From Piedraia hortae CBS 480.64 (Eukaryota), in contig MU005998.1 in assembly GCA_010093745.1 (NCBI GenBank), forward strand, positions 1-64,000: DNA of 64,000 nt. Direction: 5' to 3'. Both the position numbers and the translations under genes were made by a program. Position 1 is the first letter of the stretch, and each line of letters begins with the position of its first letter. Of the stretch, positions 12,444-25,199 are shown piece after piece. The notes under the pieces are model-generated. The model saw only the letters and a list, made by a program, of their open reading frames with translations. It did no database searches and was not told the origin of the DNA.

Positions 12444-13582
12444 ATGAACTCTGACAGTAATCCCCACAATCTCGCGGGTCGTGTGCTGTTCGAGGACAAC
12501 GTGAATAGCGAACACGACGGCCATGTCTTCGTCAATGACCATAGTGGACATCACGGTGCAGGCGAGGCGCTAGAAGCCATTAGTGACGAGTCTGCCAGTG
12601 AGTACGCTGATTCTGGATTTGGCGATGGCACTTCGGCTACCGACTCGTTACGCTCGAGTATATTCGACTACGAGGTCGAACATGGCCGCAGCTACCACGC
12701 CTTTCGCAGAGGAAAATACGTAATGCCCAACGATGAGCGCGAGCAGGAACGCATGGACATTCATTATCATACACTCAGATTCGTCTTCCAAAACCGCCAT
12801 TTTGTCGCACCTATTGAACAGCTTACGTCGGTCTTGGATGTAGGAACGGGAACTGGCATTTGGGCAATGGACGTGGCCGATGACTATCCTGACGCCCATG
12901 TTATCGGCATTGACCTCAGTCCCATCCAACCCACTGCAGTGCCACCGAACCTCGAGTTCCTAGTGATGGACGCAGATGAGCCGTGGGACTACCACAGTCG
13001 CTTCAATTACGTGCACACTCGGCTTATGAACGGCTTCTCCATTCGAAGCTGGCCCTTTTTCTACGAACAAGCCTTTGAGGCTCTTCAGCCAGGTGGATGG
13101 GTAGAGAACCAGGAATTCGACGTGAAATTCGGCTGTGACGACAACACACTACCGCTGAACAGCGCGTGTGAGCAATGGGCAACGTTGTGGAACGAGGGCA
13201 TCCAACGCTTTGGCCTCACCGGTCGTTGCTATCCTCAAGTCATGAAGGAACAAATGGAGGCCGCTGGTTTTATCAATGTTACTTGCAGATTCTTCCGCAT
13301 GCCCATAGGCCCGTGGCCCAAGGATAAGGCTTTGCGCCAAGCAGGTCTGTTCAACATTGTCGGTTTCCTTGACGGCGTCAGCGGTCTGAGCCAACGTGTC
13401 TTTACCAAGGGTCTCGGTTGGACCGTAGACGAAATGGAACTCTTGCTCATGCAAGTCCGAGAGGAGCTAAAAAACAAACGAATCCATACATATTTTCCCA
13501 TGTCTGTTGACTTCCTCGAAGGATGTGTTGGATGCTAACGGTCTGCAGATATGTTGTTTACGGCCAGAAGCCGTATGCTTGA
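12444..13582 (+). CDS. SAM-dependent methyltransferase, LaeA-like/TAM family
   Basis: HGRSYHAF..G.Y.MPNDE.EQERMD, VLDVGTGTGIWA, GIDLSPIQP, PIGPWPKD. Intron 13502-13548 gives the typical end YVVYGQKP. Confidence 0.95.
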
Positions 13583-14685
13583 TATTACCTTCGGCGTTGC
13601 GGTCTCCGCGGATGACGGATTGACTGAATGATATTTGCTTGGCATTTCAACTGTTCATGAGGAAACGTTTCAATATTTCAGAGAGCGTGCCGTATCATCC
13701 ATATACTGCTCCATACTTGGCCGTCTCTCAACCTGCCAACATTATAGGCTTCCAGAGAAGAGGTTGATTGTTCATGTCAGCAGAGATGACTCATTGGATA
13801 CTTTGCCAGTAGCAGAACATGCATGCCTCTACACACCCTTATCTTTTCAACCAGGATTCGAGCCCATTCGCCATTAATGTAGCCTTCGACTCACTTTTAC
13901 CCACTTCATTCATAGTCGCCTATTTCAACGCAGCAGCAGCAGCAGCAGCAGGCCTAGTCTGTTCCTCCTTGATCTTCTTACATTCTGCTGGTGCCCTTGC
14001 CAGTCTTGCTGAGATGATATCCATGTGAATCTCTTGTCCAAACATTTCCAGAAGGTACACTGTCTTAATAGTCAGCTTTGCCTTGAGTCGAGGAGGTGCA
14101 CACTTCATCAGGTGTCCAGCGAGAGTACTGTCTACTGAACCGTATATCAAGTTCGGGTGGATTGATGGGGATCCAGCCTTGGACTGTGTTCGCTAGGATT
14201 CTGTTGGGGTATGGGATCTGGTTCCGTATCCAGTCGGGGGAGATGGTATGAGCTTTGTTCTTCTGCGAAGTGCTTTTGGTGGCATCTTTGGTGCTGTCTT
14301 TAGTGACAGCTTTGGGTGATGTCTGTATATCATTTCTTGAATTGATGCGTGAGGTCGATCGAGTATTGCATGTCATATCTGTTAGAGTACTGGGGGTGGG
14401 AAGTGTGAAAGCTGTTTTGAAGGATGGAAGTGGCCATGGTTTGGAGGCAGCGTTGGGAAGGAGCTGCGGTGATTGTCCCTATAGCTCACGCCTGGAGATC
14501 TTTGCCAGAGTGCAGTACAGCTGTTCAGTCACGCGAATGCTGGGAGGCTGCCATATTCAAAACCATGTGAAAGTTTGCAGTGGGTGGTTTGGTGCAGTCT
14601 TGGCGCAGGTGTCCAACGCCGATCATTTCCAATCTCAGCCTAGCCCAAGTCGTCCGCAACGCCAACGTTGAGCGCGCCGCGACCA

Positions 14686-15843
14686 ATGTTCGACACCCTC
14701 TGCAACTTTCCGCTGAGAGCCGATCTGTTTGCGCAAGATGTTCACCCTACAGCGCCGCTCGTCGCTGTCGGCCTCAGCACCGGCCATGTGGAGACGCTGA
14801 AGCTGCCACCCGCCGAGGCGCGCCAGGGCGTTGTCGACACGCAATGGCAGACGCGACGCCACAAGGGCAGCTGCCGCGCTCTGTCGTATTCTGTCGACGG
14901 CAACCAGCTGTATTCGGCCGGCACCGACGGTATCGTCAAGGCGGCGGACAGCGAGAGCGGACAGGTGGTGGGAAAGGTGGCCGTGCCGCGCCGCCACGCC
15001 AACGTCGATCCTCCGGCCCTCGTTCATGTGCTGAGCTCCCAAACCCTGCTCCTTGGAACTGACTCAGGAGCTCTTCATATCTTCGACCTCCGCGATCCAG
15101 CCCCGCATGTCCCTGCGAGCGAAAACAAGGCGGCCTTTACCACTCCGCGCCCGGCCCAAACGCACTACCCACACATCGACTACATTACCTCCCTTACGCC
15201 TCTCCCTCCTTCTGCTACCAGCACAAGCGGATATAGCAAGCAATGGTTGTCAACAGGCGGCACGACCCTCGCCATAATCGACCTGCGAAGCGGCGTGCTC
15301 GTCAAAAGCGAGGACCAAGAACAGCTTTTACTAAGCTCTGTTTATATCACAGGTCTGCGCGCAAACAAGAGCAAGGGAACGATAGGCGAAAGGGCGTTGG
15401 TGGGCGGCGGTGACGGGGTTATCACTTTGTGGGAGAAGGGCCATTGGGACGACCAGGTAGAGCGGATCGTTGTCAGCCAGGAACAAGAAACCCTGGACTG
15501 CCTCGCGCGTGTTCCAGAAACTATCGCTGGCCGAAATAAAACGGTTGTCGTCGGTCTTGGTGATGGCTCGATTCGCTTCGTCAGCCTCGGCCTGAATAAA
15601 GTCGTTGGTATAGAGAAGCATGATGAAATTGACGGTGTTACGCAAATAGGATTTGATTTCGGTGGGAGGATGATCAGCGGCGGAGGCCACTCGGTCAAGG
15701 TCTGGCAGGATCAGAATGACGCAATTGATGGGGCTAGCGCCAGTGGGGAAGAGTTGGACAGCGGGGACAGCAGGGGAAAGCGAAAGGCGCACGGCGATGG
15801 CTCAATGAAGAGCAACGGCGTACGTTTTGTCGGCTTGGACTGA
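14686..15843 (+). CDS. JIP5: WD40-repeat protein JIP5 (ribosome biogenesis)
   Basis: [48 protein letters not shown] and the C-terminal F.GLD are characteristic of fungal Jip5. Confidence 0.88.
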   Translation: MFDTLCNFPLRADLFAQDVHPTAPLVAVGLSTGHVETLKLPPAEARQGVVDTQWQTRRHKGSCRALSYSVDGNQLYSAGTDGIVKAADSESGQVVGKVAVPRRHANVDPPALVHVLSSQTLLLGTDSGALHIFDLRDPAPHVPASENKAAFTTPRPAQTHYPHIDYITSLTPLPPSATSTSGYSKQWLSTGGTTLAIIDLRSGVLVKSEDQEQLLLSSVYITGLRANKSKGTIGERALVGGGDGVITLWEKGHWDDQVERIVVSQEQETLDCLARVPETIAGRNKTVVVGLGDGSIRFVSLGLNKVVGIEKHDEIDGVTQIGFDFGGRMISGGGHSVKVWQDQNDAIDGASASGEELDSGDSRGKRKAHGDGSMKSNGVRFVGLD

Positions 15844-16669
15844 TGACTCTACTCATCTCGCGTCGGCTGCCGGCAATTTAGCCGTCCAGACTGATCTGCG
15901 CTTGGGAAGTGCGTGAGCATAAAAGGGCTTAAAACGACTGCTGTTAGACCTCTTAATCCAAGGCAAATACCGGAATTCAGGAGATCTTTCCGCATAAAGG
16001 CACAACTTCGGTTTAGTTACTTTTGAGCTAGCGAATCCCACATCCCTTGCCTGACACTTGAAGCGTACATTGGAAATTCAAACCGTTGGATGAGGAACGT
16101 CTCCTTTACCGCTCCATTTGAAACAGCATCTCGTACACATGTGTGGACTGTACACTACTATTGACAATCGATCATTCCATGCCACTGTGCGGAGTGCCAG
16201 TGTATAGACATATAAGAGCTTCACGAGAGTTAGCCCAAACATATCAAGTTGAACGGAGTTGACGAATGAATGAGAAAGCTTTACAGAAAGGGTTAAGTAA
16301 TCAACCTTCCAAAACGGTCGTCATTTCAGAGTAGAGTAGAAGGCCTTAAACTAAATCCTGTCCGGGGGAGCCACGATGACTTAGCCAGCATCGACAGGCC
16401 TTTCTCAAAGCACAACGTTCGAAAAGGCGGTCAATTATCCATCGCAGGTAAGTCTGATGCAGGTATTCCGGCGGCAAGGGAAAACTCAGCAGAATGACAT
16501 GCAGCAAACTGTAGAGGATTTCCATCTCCATAAGCTACCCCGAAATAAGGTTTGGCCTGGATTGTATTGGGAACCCGTGCCGTGGTCAACAGCTGAAATT
16601 TCAGCGTGATGGATGAAAAAGTTACTAAGAGATACAAGGCTACAGTTCCCACGATTGCTCTTCAACCTG

Positions 16670-16705
16670 GTTGTTCAGCTACGTCATGTAACGTAGCTGA
16701 ACAAC
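16670..16705. repeat. Perfect 15-bp inverted repeat (hairpin)
   Basis: GTTGTTCAGCTACGT-catgta-ACGTAGCTGAACAAC, with outer TTCAACC (16661-16667) / GGTTGAA (16719-16725) arms. Confidence 0.85.
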
Positions 16706-17819
16706 TGATGAAACTTTCGGTTGAAAGTCCTTAGGGGCTGCAATAAATAGCCCTACTACTCCATCATCTCCCGTCATAGTCCTCTTTATCAGATCAATCT
16801 TCCAAAGACCCAGTTGAAAGGCCCTTAAAACGCAATTTAAGCCCAAAACCCGATCAAACCTCCAAACATATGGAAGACTAGAGGTAATGGCAGACCCACA
16901 ATGACCTTACCAAGTCACTAGAACGGGTATATACGCAATACCTACGTTGAAATCGACAAAATCCGCAATACTCTCTTTACACCAGCGGAGCTTCACTCCC
17001 AGGACAGCAAACACCTTTCCTAACCTTGATGAAGAATGGCCAGCATGACTATCCCAAAGAAGCTACAGAACATCCTATGAAGAACGCCTAGAGAAACAGT
17101 TCTAGCCTACTCCAAATTCAAGGGATCAGCTTGTCTACGCATTTGAGCAACCCGCTGCTTTACGCCTCTTTTTCAGCGGCAGTGGAGTGATTGTCCAGAT
17201 ACCTCGAGCACATTACAGCCTAGTCGTGCGTAATGACTTGTTCGGCAAAGATGGGGTCTGTATAAAGACTATGATATAAACCTCCTTGGGCGGGGTTTGA
17301 TTTGATGGCAGTGGAATATTTGCGAGTGTTGGGCTTCTCTAATCTTGGATCGATGTTGGAGGGAAAGCCATTAGGGAAAGCAAGCGATGTATGCCATTTT
17401 CGATACTAAATATTAAGAAAAACATTGACATTAATGGTGGGAAGGGGTGATGTTCGATTGTTGGATGATGTGTTGACCTTTGATCCGTTTTCATTGCTGG
17501 AGTTCGCAGAATGTATATGATAGAATTACGACGGAGACGGTATAGATTGAACCAAGATAGAGCATTGAAGACGATAAACCTTGATAGTGCACTTTTACAA
17601 AGCTTCTCGTCGGAGACACAGGCCAGTCGTTTGGTGAGATGCGCAAATGCAAAGTTGTGAACTTTCAACCTGATTACGGTAAATGCCTATTATAGGTAGT
17701 ATCTTGTCATTTCTGCTCTCCCCCAATCATTTCAAAAAGCTGATCAATTGATAGCCAAAGAGTGCGTTCCGCTGCCAACTCCTCATCGTAGCGATCTACT
17801 CTTCCAGCGAGCAGATAAC

Positions 17820-18520
17820 GAAACCCTGGGCAATAAACAAAGTTCTAAAATGAATTTATGTACTCCCAGTACTCGGGGTACCAAGCGGCACATTCCCTGT
17901 CAATAATGGCGGCGAGTTTGTGCGTGTCTTTTCGGACCAAGATGTTTCCGGCATGAAGGTCCGCATGAGAAAAGCGAATTCTGTATTCGCGCTCATGAAC
18001 CTTTTTAACGTAATCACCAAGATAACTGGGATCGACACCCCCACGTAGCTGGTAGTGAAAGTCCGCGCAAATCTTGTGAGGGCCCGCTAGCATTACTGTA
18101 CTCAGACGGACTTCACGAAAAGGGCCACCCTCGGTGATACTATTTTCTCATCAAGTGGTTCCAATTGACGCAGCTGGACGACGCAGGAAGCCACATCATC
18201 TGCAAGTGATGTTCTTTCTGAAACTGACATTCTGTTTCAGAGGTCTGGAGTTAGTTCATCGCAATCTGGCACGTATTCAATCTCAAAACCAGGACGACCG
18301 CGCAGGTGAAATCCTCAGTAAAGCCTAGGCACAGCAATAGTTGTGTGCTTCAAGACATAACGCAGCGCTCCAATCTCGGTCTTTTGGCATGGCAATTTAA
18401 ACATGCGCCGAGAGCCGGCCCGTCTTGGATAACTTCCATAGAGCTGTTTTCCCAAACCAAAGGCGGCACAACAGAACTGTTTCCTTCCATGTGAGCTCTG
18501 AAGGCAAGACAACGTTATCA
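17820..18520 (-). pseudogene. Aminoglycoside-phosphotransferase-like (APH/choline kinase fold) pseudogene
   Basis: Pieces in different frames: EIGALRYVLKHTTIAVPRLY*, IEYVPD, FSHADLHAGNILV...AAIIDRECAAWYPEYWEY. Several stops and frameshifts. Confidence 0.8.
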
Positions 18521-19586
18521 ATGCGCGGCTTTTGCAAAGCGAGCTTGAGGCATTTCCCTGCAGGGCTAAAGCCAGGTGAAGTCAATTTTTGCTCGTTTTG
18601 CGTATAACGTTGCACATCGAGGGAGCTATCATCACAGTGATTTCACCACGGTGCTTTGGTGCAAAGGGAAAATCAAAGACTTGTGGGTTACGAAAGCTAG
18701 GACTATATTAGTAGCGAACGCATTTACGTGTGGAATGGTCCCACTAAAGCTCATGTTTAAGTTTGACACACTGTTGCGTCTAAATCTTAAACAGATAAGA
18801 GGCTATCTGTGACGGCAGGTGAGCTGCTACATGTGTCCGATAGAAATGATCCCATCGTAAAGTCCCTCACATGTTCGCAGCTTCAAGCGAACATTATTGT
18901 CTTGGAGTTTGTAGAGCAAAGGGAAGAATGCTGCCATGGTTCGGATGACACCTACGTGGCCATATGGAAATTACCTGAGTCCATATTTGAAGGCTTGCGC
19001 AGTTCTCACGCTTTTTGATACAACGTGATTTGTTCTAGTGCACCATACCCTCGTCTGAGTTGGTCTGCTTGTGGGTCATTCATCGCTACGAGCTTTCACT
19101 TATCGTCTGCATCAAGCAACTTTCTAGTAGTAATCTTGATTGGCAAGCTGATGGCCGACGTTACACTTGATTAGGTGGCACATGAACTGCAACATCTGAT
19201 GGTCCGATCAAACTTGTAAGACTTGGGCTCGACAGGCCATTGTGAAACAGGGAGGCGGCCTTCCAATTGGAAAGAGTCGTTTTAAAGAATCAGGAGGGAC
19301 TGAGGCCAGTATCTGGTTCAAAACTGTGTTGGGCATTTGAGACTCTTGCATAGCGTCGGTTTTGGGCTGCCGCAGTTGAATCCTTGCAACCCTAGCAGTC
19401 CTAACCCTGGCGGGGCAAAGTTGGTGGGGGGAGGGAAATTTGGGTGACAGCGAAAGTCACATTCACATAGAACATCTTGCGCCTTGCGCTTCCATAGCTC
19501 GCATCTGACCGCACGCGCTGTCTTGCATCCGCTTCCTCACTGACTATAGACTTCATGAGCATCTGATACAGACTGTAGCAACGCCG

Positions 19587-22500
19587 ATGGACTCCCAAGT
19601 GGAACAGGCCATTGAGATCTCCTTCGACCCCCGATCTAACCAACAGATCAAGGCCCAAGCCTACGACTTTCTCACGCGTCTCCGTGAAGATGCCAGCGCA
19701 TCACAGCTATGCCTGGAGCTGTTCACCCGGACCCCGCCGCCATCGGAAGTGGTGCGGCTGGTGAGCATGGAGATGGTAAACAATGCCGTGCAGACACAAC
19801 ATCTTGACCTGCAGAGCCTGCTGTATGTAAAGGAGAATTTGATGCGCTACGTGCGGCAACAGTACACACCTGGCGCCACAAACTTTGATTCGGCCCCGAT
19901 CCAAAACAAGCTCACGCAGACGCTGACTTACCTCTTCACTTTCTTATACCCTTCGGAATGGAGCTCTTTCTTTGATGATTTTCGCAGTATAGCAGCAGGA
20001 TCCGGAGAAATGGGCACCGAAAATCCCGCAGCTACCGTACTCTTTTTACGCATTCTCAGCTCAATTCACGATGAAATTGCTGATGTCATGATCTCAAGAA
20101 CGCCAGACGAGCAGAAGAGGAGCACAGCATTAAAAGATGAAATTAGAGCGAGGGATGTGACCAAGGTGCGCGTGTCGTGGCAAGAAATCCTGTCTAGATG
20201 GCGCCAGATGGACCTGAGCATCACTGAGCTGTGTCTCCGGACACTGGCGAAATGGGTTGACTGGGTGGACGTGAACGTGGTGCTCAATGATCGCGTACAG
20301 ATGGCATTACTTGAGCTGGCCGGCCAGCAGGGCAATTTCTCCAGTGACAGCAACGAGGCACGGATCCGAGATGCTGCCATTGACACTTTCACCGAGACGG
20401 TGGGCAAGAAAATGCCTCCTGGCGACAAGCTGGAACTCATCCGCTTCTTGAATCTCCGCCATATCGTCACTCAGCTCGTCGCTAGCCCGGCTTTGGCAGC
20501 TGGTGATACACCCGACTACGACACTGACCTGGCAGAAACAGTGGCAAAGCTAGTCAATACCGTCGTTTTTGTCCTAGTCAAGATTATCGAAGGCTCCAAC
20601 GGGGCGACGAAGGCGCAGGCTGAGCAACTGCTGCAGGAATTTCTGCCACATCTCCTGCGTTTCTTTTCTGACGAGTTTGATGAGGTCTGCTCTACCGTCA
20701 TACCATCCACAACCGATCTCCTGACAATGCTTCGCCGCAATGTTTCTGGCAAGCATGCTTCTTCCTCGCAGTATACGCCAATGCTACAGCCCATCTTGAA
20801 TGCAATCATTGCAAAGATGAAATACGACGAGAGCGTTTCTTGGGGAGAAGAAGACAGTACTGACGAAGCCGATTTTCAAGAACTACGCAAAAGACTATAT
20901 GTGCTTCAGCAAACCGTTGCCGCGGTGGACGAGCAGCTGTACATTGATACGGTGACGCGAACTGTTATGTCCACTCTGTCACGGCTAAGTACGGTAAGGA
21001 TCAGTTGGCACGATATCGACTTGGCACTGTACGAAATGTACCTCTTTGGAGAGCTGGCGGTGAAGTCTGGAGGCTTGTACAACAAGAATGTACCGTCAAC
21101 TCCCCCTGTTGATCGCTTGATCGAAATGATGCGCCTCATGGTTGATGGAGACTTGGTGCAGTACCCACATCCTGCTGTGCAGTTGCAGTACATGGAAATA
21201 TGCGTGCGCTATGTTCAATTCTTTGAGCACAATACTGCAAGTATTCCCAAGGTTCTAGAGAGCTTTGTCAATTTTGCCCATAGTGACAATACGCGAGTGA
21301 GGCTTCGCGCCTGGTATCTCTTCCAGCGTTTCGTTCGGCACCTAAGGGCACAGCTTGGCAATGTTGCACAAATGGTGGTAGGCGCAGTTGCCGACTTGCT
21401 GGTCATCAAGGCCGAGGCACCTGACACTTCAGACGACGATTTGGTGTCCAGCGAAGAAAATGTGCAGTCTGTGGATGCCACCCTGAACAGCCAGCTTTCG
21501 CTCTTTGAAGCTGTTGGTCTTGTGGCCTCAACGCAATCAGTGCCGGACGAGACCCAGGTGACGATTGCCAACTCGGTAATCGAGCCTCTGAAAGAGGATA
21601 TGCATAAGCATCTGCCAGCTGCCACTAGAAATGACCCTAGCGCAGTTTTGCAGGTGCACCACATCATAATGGCGTTTGGCAGCTTGGCCAATGGGTCTTC
21701 GGTTTGGGCACCAGGCGCCAAATCAGGTCGCCCACCTCCCACTGCCGTTTCTGAAGCATTTCTTGGAGCCAGCGAGGCCACTCTCTATGCCCTCGAGGCA
21801 CTACAGACCTCCTCAGACATCCGCCAAGCTGCGCGCCATGCGTTTTCGCGTTTTCTGGGCGTGCTTGGAAGCCAAGTCCTACCGCAGCTACCTCGTTGGA
21901 TCGAGGGCCTCCTATCATCAGCCTCGTCCAATGATGAGATGGCCATGTTCCTGCGCACGCTTGGGCAAGTGGTGCATGGCTTCAAAATGGACATCGCCGG
22001 CATCATGGGCCAGATGCTTCCACACCTTCTCAGTCGCGTCTTCAGCGGCATGGCGCACCCAGCAACTGGCACCGATGACGAGATTCAGCTGAAGGAGTTG
22101 AGGCAGCAGTACGTTAATTTTATCCTCCTGCTGCTCAACAATGACCTCCAGGCGGTCCTTTTCAGTCCAAGCAATGGACCTCTCTTGCAGGGCATCGTCG
22201 ATTCCCTCAAGTGCTTCGCCTGTGATACCTCAGATCCCCAGTCCGCACGCCTCAGCTTCTCAGCCCTTATCAGAATGGTCAAAGTCTGGGGTGGTGATGA
22301 TATCGACCTACATGCCATGCCCACATCGACCAACGATGGGTTTGATCAGTTCGTCGTCAGCCAAGTAGCGTCTCTTCCATGGGCCTTAATCAACGGATCG
22401 GGCTTCAACCCCAATGATGCGCAGATGAGGAGTGTCCTGCAAGAAGCAGCCAACCTCCAATGGACTATCCTCCGCAAGATGGGGGCGTTATACGGCGAGC

Positions 22501-22631
22501 AGCTCCAGCGAGAACTGCGCAGCCTCGGGGCAGATGATGCCTCTGTGCAGAGGTATCTCACTGAGATATCTGCAGCTGCGCCGGCTTTTCGCAAGTTTTT
22601 CGTCACTTTCATACAAAGTGCCAAGAGATAG
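19587..22631 (+). CDS. LOS1: Exportin-T (tRNA exportin)
   Basis: 1014-aa intronless HEAT-like ORF with IQNKLTQ, LRIL..IHDEIAD, LKD.IR.RD, DLALYEMYLFGE, QLQYMEICVRY..FF, GTDDEIQL.ELR motifs. Confidence 0.93.
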   Translation: MDSQVEQAIEISFDPRSNQQIKAQAYDFLTRLREDASASQLCLELFTRTPPPSEVVRLVSMEMVNNAVQTQHLDLQSLLYVKENLMRYVRQQYTPGATNFDSAPIQNKLTQTLTYLFTFLYPSEWSSFFDDFRSIAAGSGEMGTENPAATVLFLRILSSIHDEIADVMISRTPDEQKRSTALKDEIRARDVTKVRVSWQEILSRWRQMDLSITELCLRTLAKWVDWVDVNVVLNDRVQMALLELAGQQGNFSSDSNEARIRDAAIDTFTETVGKKMPPGDKLELIRFLNLRHIVTQLVASPALAAGDTPDYDTDLAETVAKLVNTVVFVLVKIIEGSNGATKAQAEQLLQEFLPHLLRFFSDEFDEVCSTVIPSTTDLLTMLRRNVSGKHASSSQYTPMLQPILNAIIAKMKYDESVSWGEEDSTDEADFQELRKRLYVLQQTVAAVDEQLYIDTVTRTVMSTLSRLSTVRISWHDIDLALYEMYLFGELAVKSGGLYNKNVPSTPPVDRLIEMMRLMVDGDLVQYPHPAVQLQYMEICVRYVQFFEHNTASIPKVLESFVNFAHSDNTRVRLRAWYLFQRFVRHLRAQLGNVAQMVVGAVADLLVIKAEAPDTSDDDLVSSEENVQSVDATLNSQLSLFEAVGLVASTQSVPDETQVTIANSVIEPLKEDMHKHLPAATRNDPSAVLQVHHIIMAFGSLANGSSVWAPGAKSGRPPPTAVSEAFLGASEATLYALEALQTSSDIRQAARHAFSRFLGVLGSQVLPQLPRWIEGLLSSASSNDEMAMFLRTLGQVVHGFKMDIAGIMGQMLPHLLSRVFSGMAHPATGTDDEIQLKELRQQYVNFILLLLNNDLQAVLFSPSNGPLLQGIVDSLKCFACDTSDPQSARLSFSALIRMVKVWGGDDIDLHAMPTSTNDGFDQFVVSQVASLPWALINGSGFNPNDAQMRSVLQEAANLQWTILRKMGALYGEQLQRELRSLGADDASVQRYLTEISAAAPAFRKFFVTFIQSAKR

Positions 22632-23934
22632 CGTCTAACTAATGGTACTTCACATCAATCCACTGTGCCTCTTCCATTGCGGAACCGAGTTTGTATCTTC
22701 TTCCAGATGCCTGTACCACCATGTAGTTCAGGTGAGGTTGGCAGCGTTGAATATCAATCGAGAGCAGATATAATCGTTATGCAGTAGACCACTCTGATGC
22801 CCATGACTACTTGTATTTCCATTCCCAGCAGACCACTTCGACTGTCCTAGATATCCTCCAGAAGGGATTTGCGCGGGACATTGAGGCCCCCTACAACTAA
22901 ACCCCTCGATAGCGATCAGTTACTAGACTGGCAATTTTCACGTCCTGCATTTGTCCTTGAGCTTAGAATCCTCGAAAAGATTGCTTGCATAGCTTTGAAT
23001 TCAGAGATCATGTCAAAAGATGGCACATACAAGCGGTCAGCCTCGTAAAACAGAAAATCATCAATGAAGCTGTTTTGTCAAGGGTTCAATTTGTGCATCA
23101 TCAAAAATACGTATAAATTCTGCAGATGTTATGAACTTTCGAGGTCTTCTGTCGTGTCTTGTCACGTTTATCTTTGATCTGTCGGCGGTCTGACAGCAAA
23201 ACTTGCAAAATATGTATTCCCGACGTTATTGAAAGGATGATTCATCCATTTCAGTATTGGATAGTATGGAGGGTCTCTGTGGGCAGCTTCCTAAAAGTAA
23301 GTGTTGCATAAGCGTTCCACGGGTAAATTATGTATACTCTAGCTCCTAAGCATACCAGCCTCTCTCTCTCTCTTTTTCTCCGAGTTTATTCTTAAAGCCC
23401 CCGTAAATTATCGATTCCCAACCCAGCTATCGAGTTCAATGTCCTCCTCTGACTCCTCTGCATCCCTTCTTCGCCCACGAGACTAAACTGCTGAGCGGGT
23501 CACACCCCCTCCTCCACCTCTTCATCTTCCGTCTCACCCGTAGAATTCCTATTCACATTATCCTCCTCCTTCTCAGTAACATTCTTCACATCCTCCGCCC
23601 TTCAGCGCCGCTCGCAAAAGAAAACCTCCACCACTCATTCCTTTCCGTCCCCAAACCGCCGGATCCGGCTTGAGCATCGACCCTCGTTCACGCAAAAGCG
23701 TCTTAGACGAATAATTGGAATAAAGTGGCCCCACCAATTCGCCTCAAGAAACCCGATCATCCTGTGGAAGTAGGTGTGCATATGCGCCCCACGAAGTCTC
23801 TACATTGGGAAATGAGGCAGGATCGAAGGTGGGAGCTCGAGGATCTGCTGAAGAAGTTGTGGGAGTGGTGGGATATTCGTGGTGATACCTTCCGGGGAGC
23901 CTGGGAATGCGGTGGGGGCACCTGTAGCGATAGT

Positions 23935-24480
23935 GCTCTCGTGGATGGGAGTGCGAAGCGGCCCGAACAAGGAGGACGTAGCGATAGACGGAGATTATCG
24001 ACAGAGATAGGAACGATGCAGGTGGATAGGAGTCAATACCAGTGTCGATATGACACTGTGAATGACAATATATGTGTCTGTATCTCTATGAGGAGACGTC
24101 GGAATATTCTGTACCGGTAGGCTGGTGACGCCACGTCGCGATATGAGTCATCTATGACTCACCAGCCTACAGTAGTGGGGCGCATTCGCCATATCACATC
24201 TGATATGTCCCTGAAGGAAAACGAGTATGAAGGAAACTTTTAAATCAACCCGGCGGAAACGAGACTGAGATATCTACCTATATTCATCTCTGACTCCAAT
24301 GACTATTTTCTGCCAACGTGATTCATCAGTGGCATGGGCCGTTCCGCCTGCCGACTCCAATCCTATAACAAAAACCTCTGTGAGGAATAACCTAGGGTGC
24401 AGCCGTTAGTGTAGGTGGTATCGCTGAGTTGCTAAGCAAGTGCCCCGCATATGCGCTAGCGGTGATGCTTGGCACTAACA
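23935..24480 (+). repeat. Dispersed repeat family A, copy 1 (interrupted by a 148-bp insertion)
   Basis: Aligns by eye with 43580-43925 (e.g. GAGTCAATACCAGTGTCGATATGACA, AACCTAGGGTGCAGC, GCAAGTGCCCCGCAT) and with 50884-51005. Confidence 0.9.
24223..24370. mobile_element. 148-bp insertion with 5-bp target-site duplication (solo-LTR-like)
   Basis: Flanked by AAAAC at 24218-24222 and 24371-24375; ends ...TATAACA; absent from copies 2 and 3 of repeat A. Confidence 0.7.
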
Positions 24481-25199
24481 AGAGGTAGGGAGCGGCTGCT
24501 GCCGCTAGGCCGCAGTATGGCCTGATAGCTTCGTTGGGCTCAACATGCCTCCAGGGCGTAGGAAGGAAGGTAGGATGCACCAGTAACCGAAATTATTCTA
24601 TCTCATCCTCGAACTTTCGTTGGGAACCTGGCGATATTCCCACCCGCTGCGACACAGTATGTTATTCGCTTGCTTAGACCATGCACATGTTTTTGTGATG
24701 ATTGCTGGACCGAAACGCATTTGACAGCAGGCATTGTCCACTGCGGCGCTTTCCGTGGGATATGCGATCAGTGTCTTCACCTTGAGCGTGAGAACGAAGA
24801 TAGGGACCTTGCATGTTTGTAGGACTGCGAGGCTATTGCAGCCGACGATCTAAATCCCATTTCCAACGGGGATAACAGAGTTCTCACCGCGGGTGAAGAT
24901 GCTGTAGTTGACATAAGGAGTGGGAAGCACTTCGTATGCAAAGTGCAAGGCGTTCTGAGGCACTGTAGCAGTTTGATCGCTTCACTGCAATTCATGGTTC
25001 ATGTTGTCCCCTTCAACATAGCGGGTCCAACTTTAGCCGCAAACACTGCGGCGCGTATACTTGCATGATTGGAGGACTGCAAAGCATTTGGTGCTTCTGA
25101 TACTAGATTCATTCTGTTGCAGGTCCAGCAGAGCTCACTGCAGAATGCTATTGTTAATCAAAAAATGCTGTGGTTGACAGAAGGAGAAGAACGCGCCGA

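Noticed and set aside
13920..14376. Two overlapping minus-strand ORFs suggesting a frameshifted gene
   Set aside because: No recognisable domain; low-complexity content.
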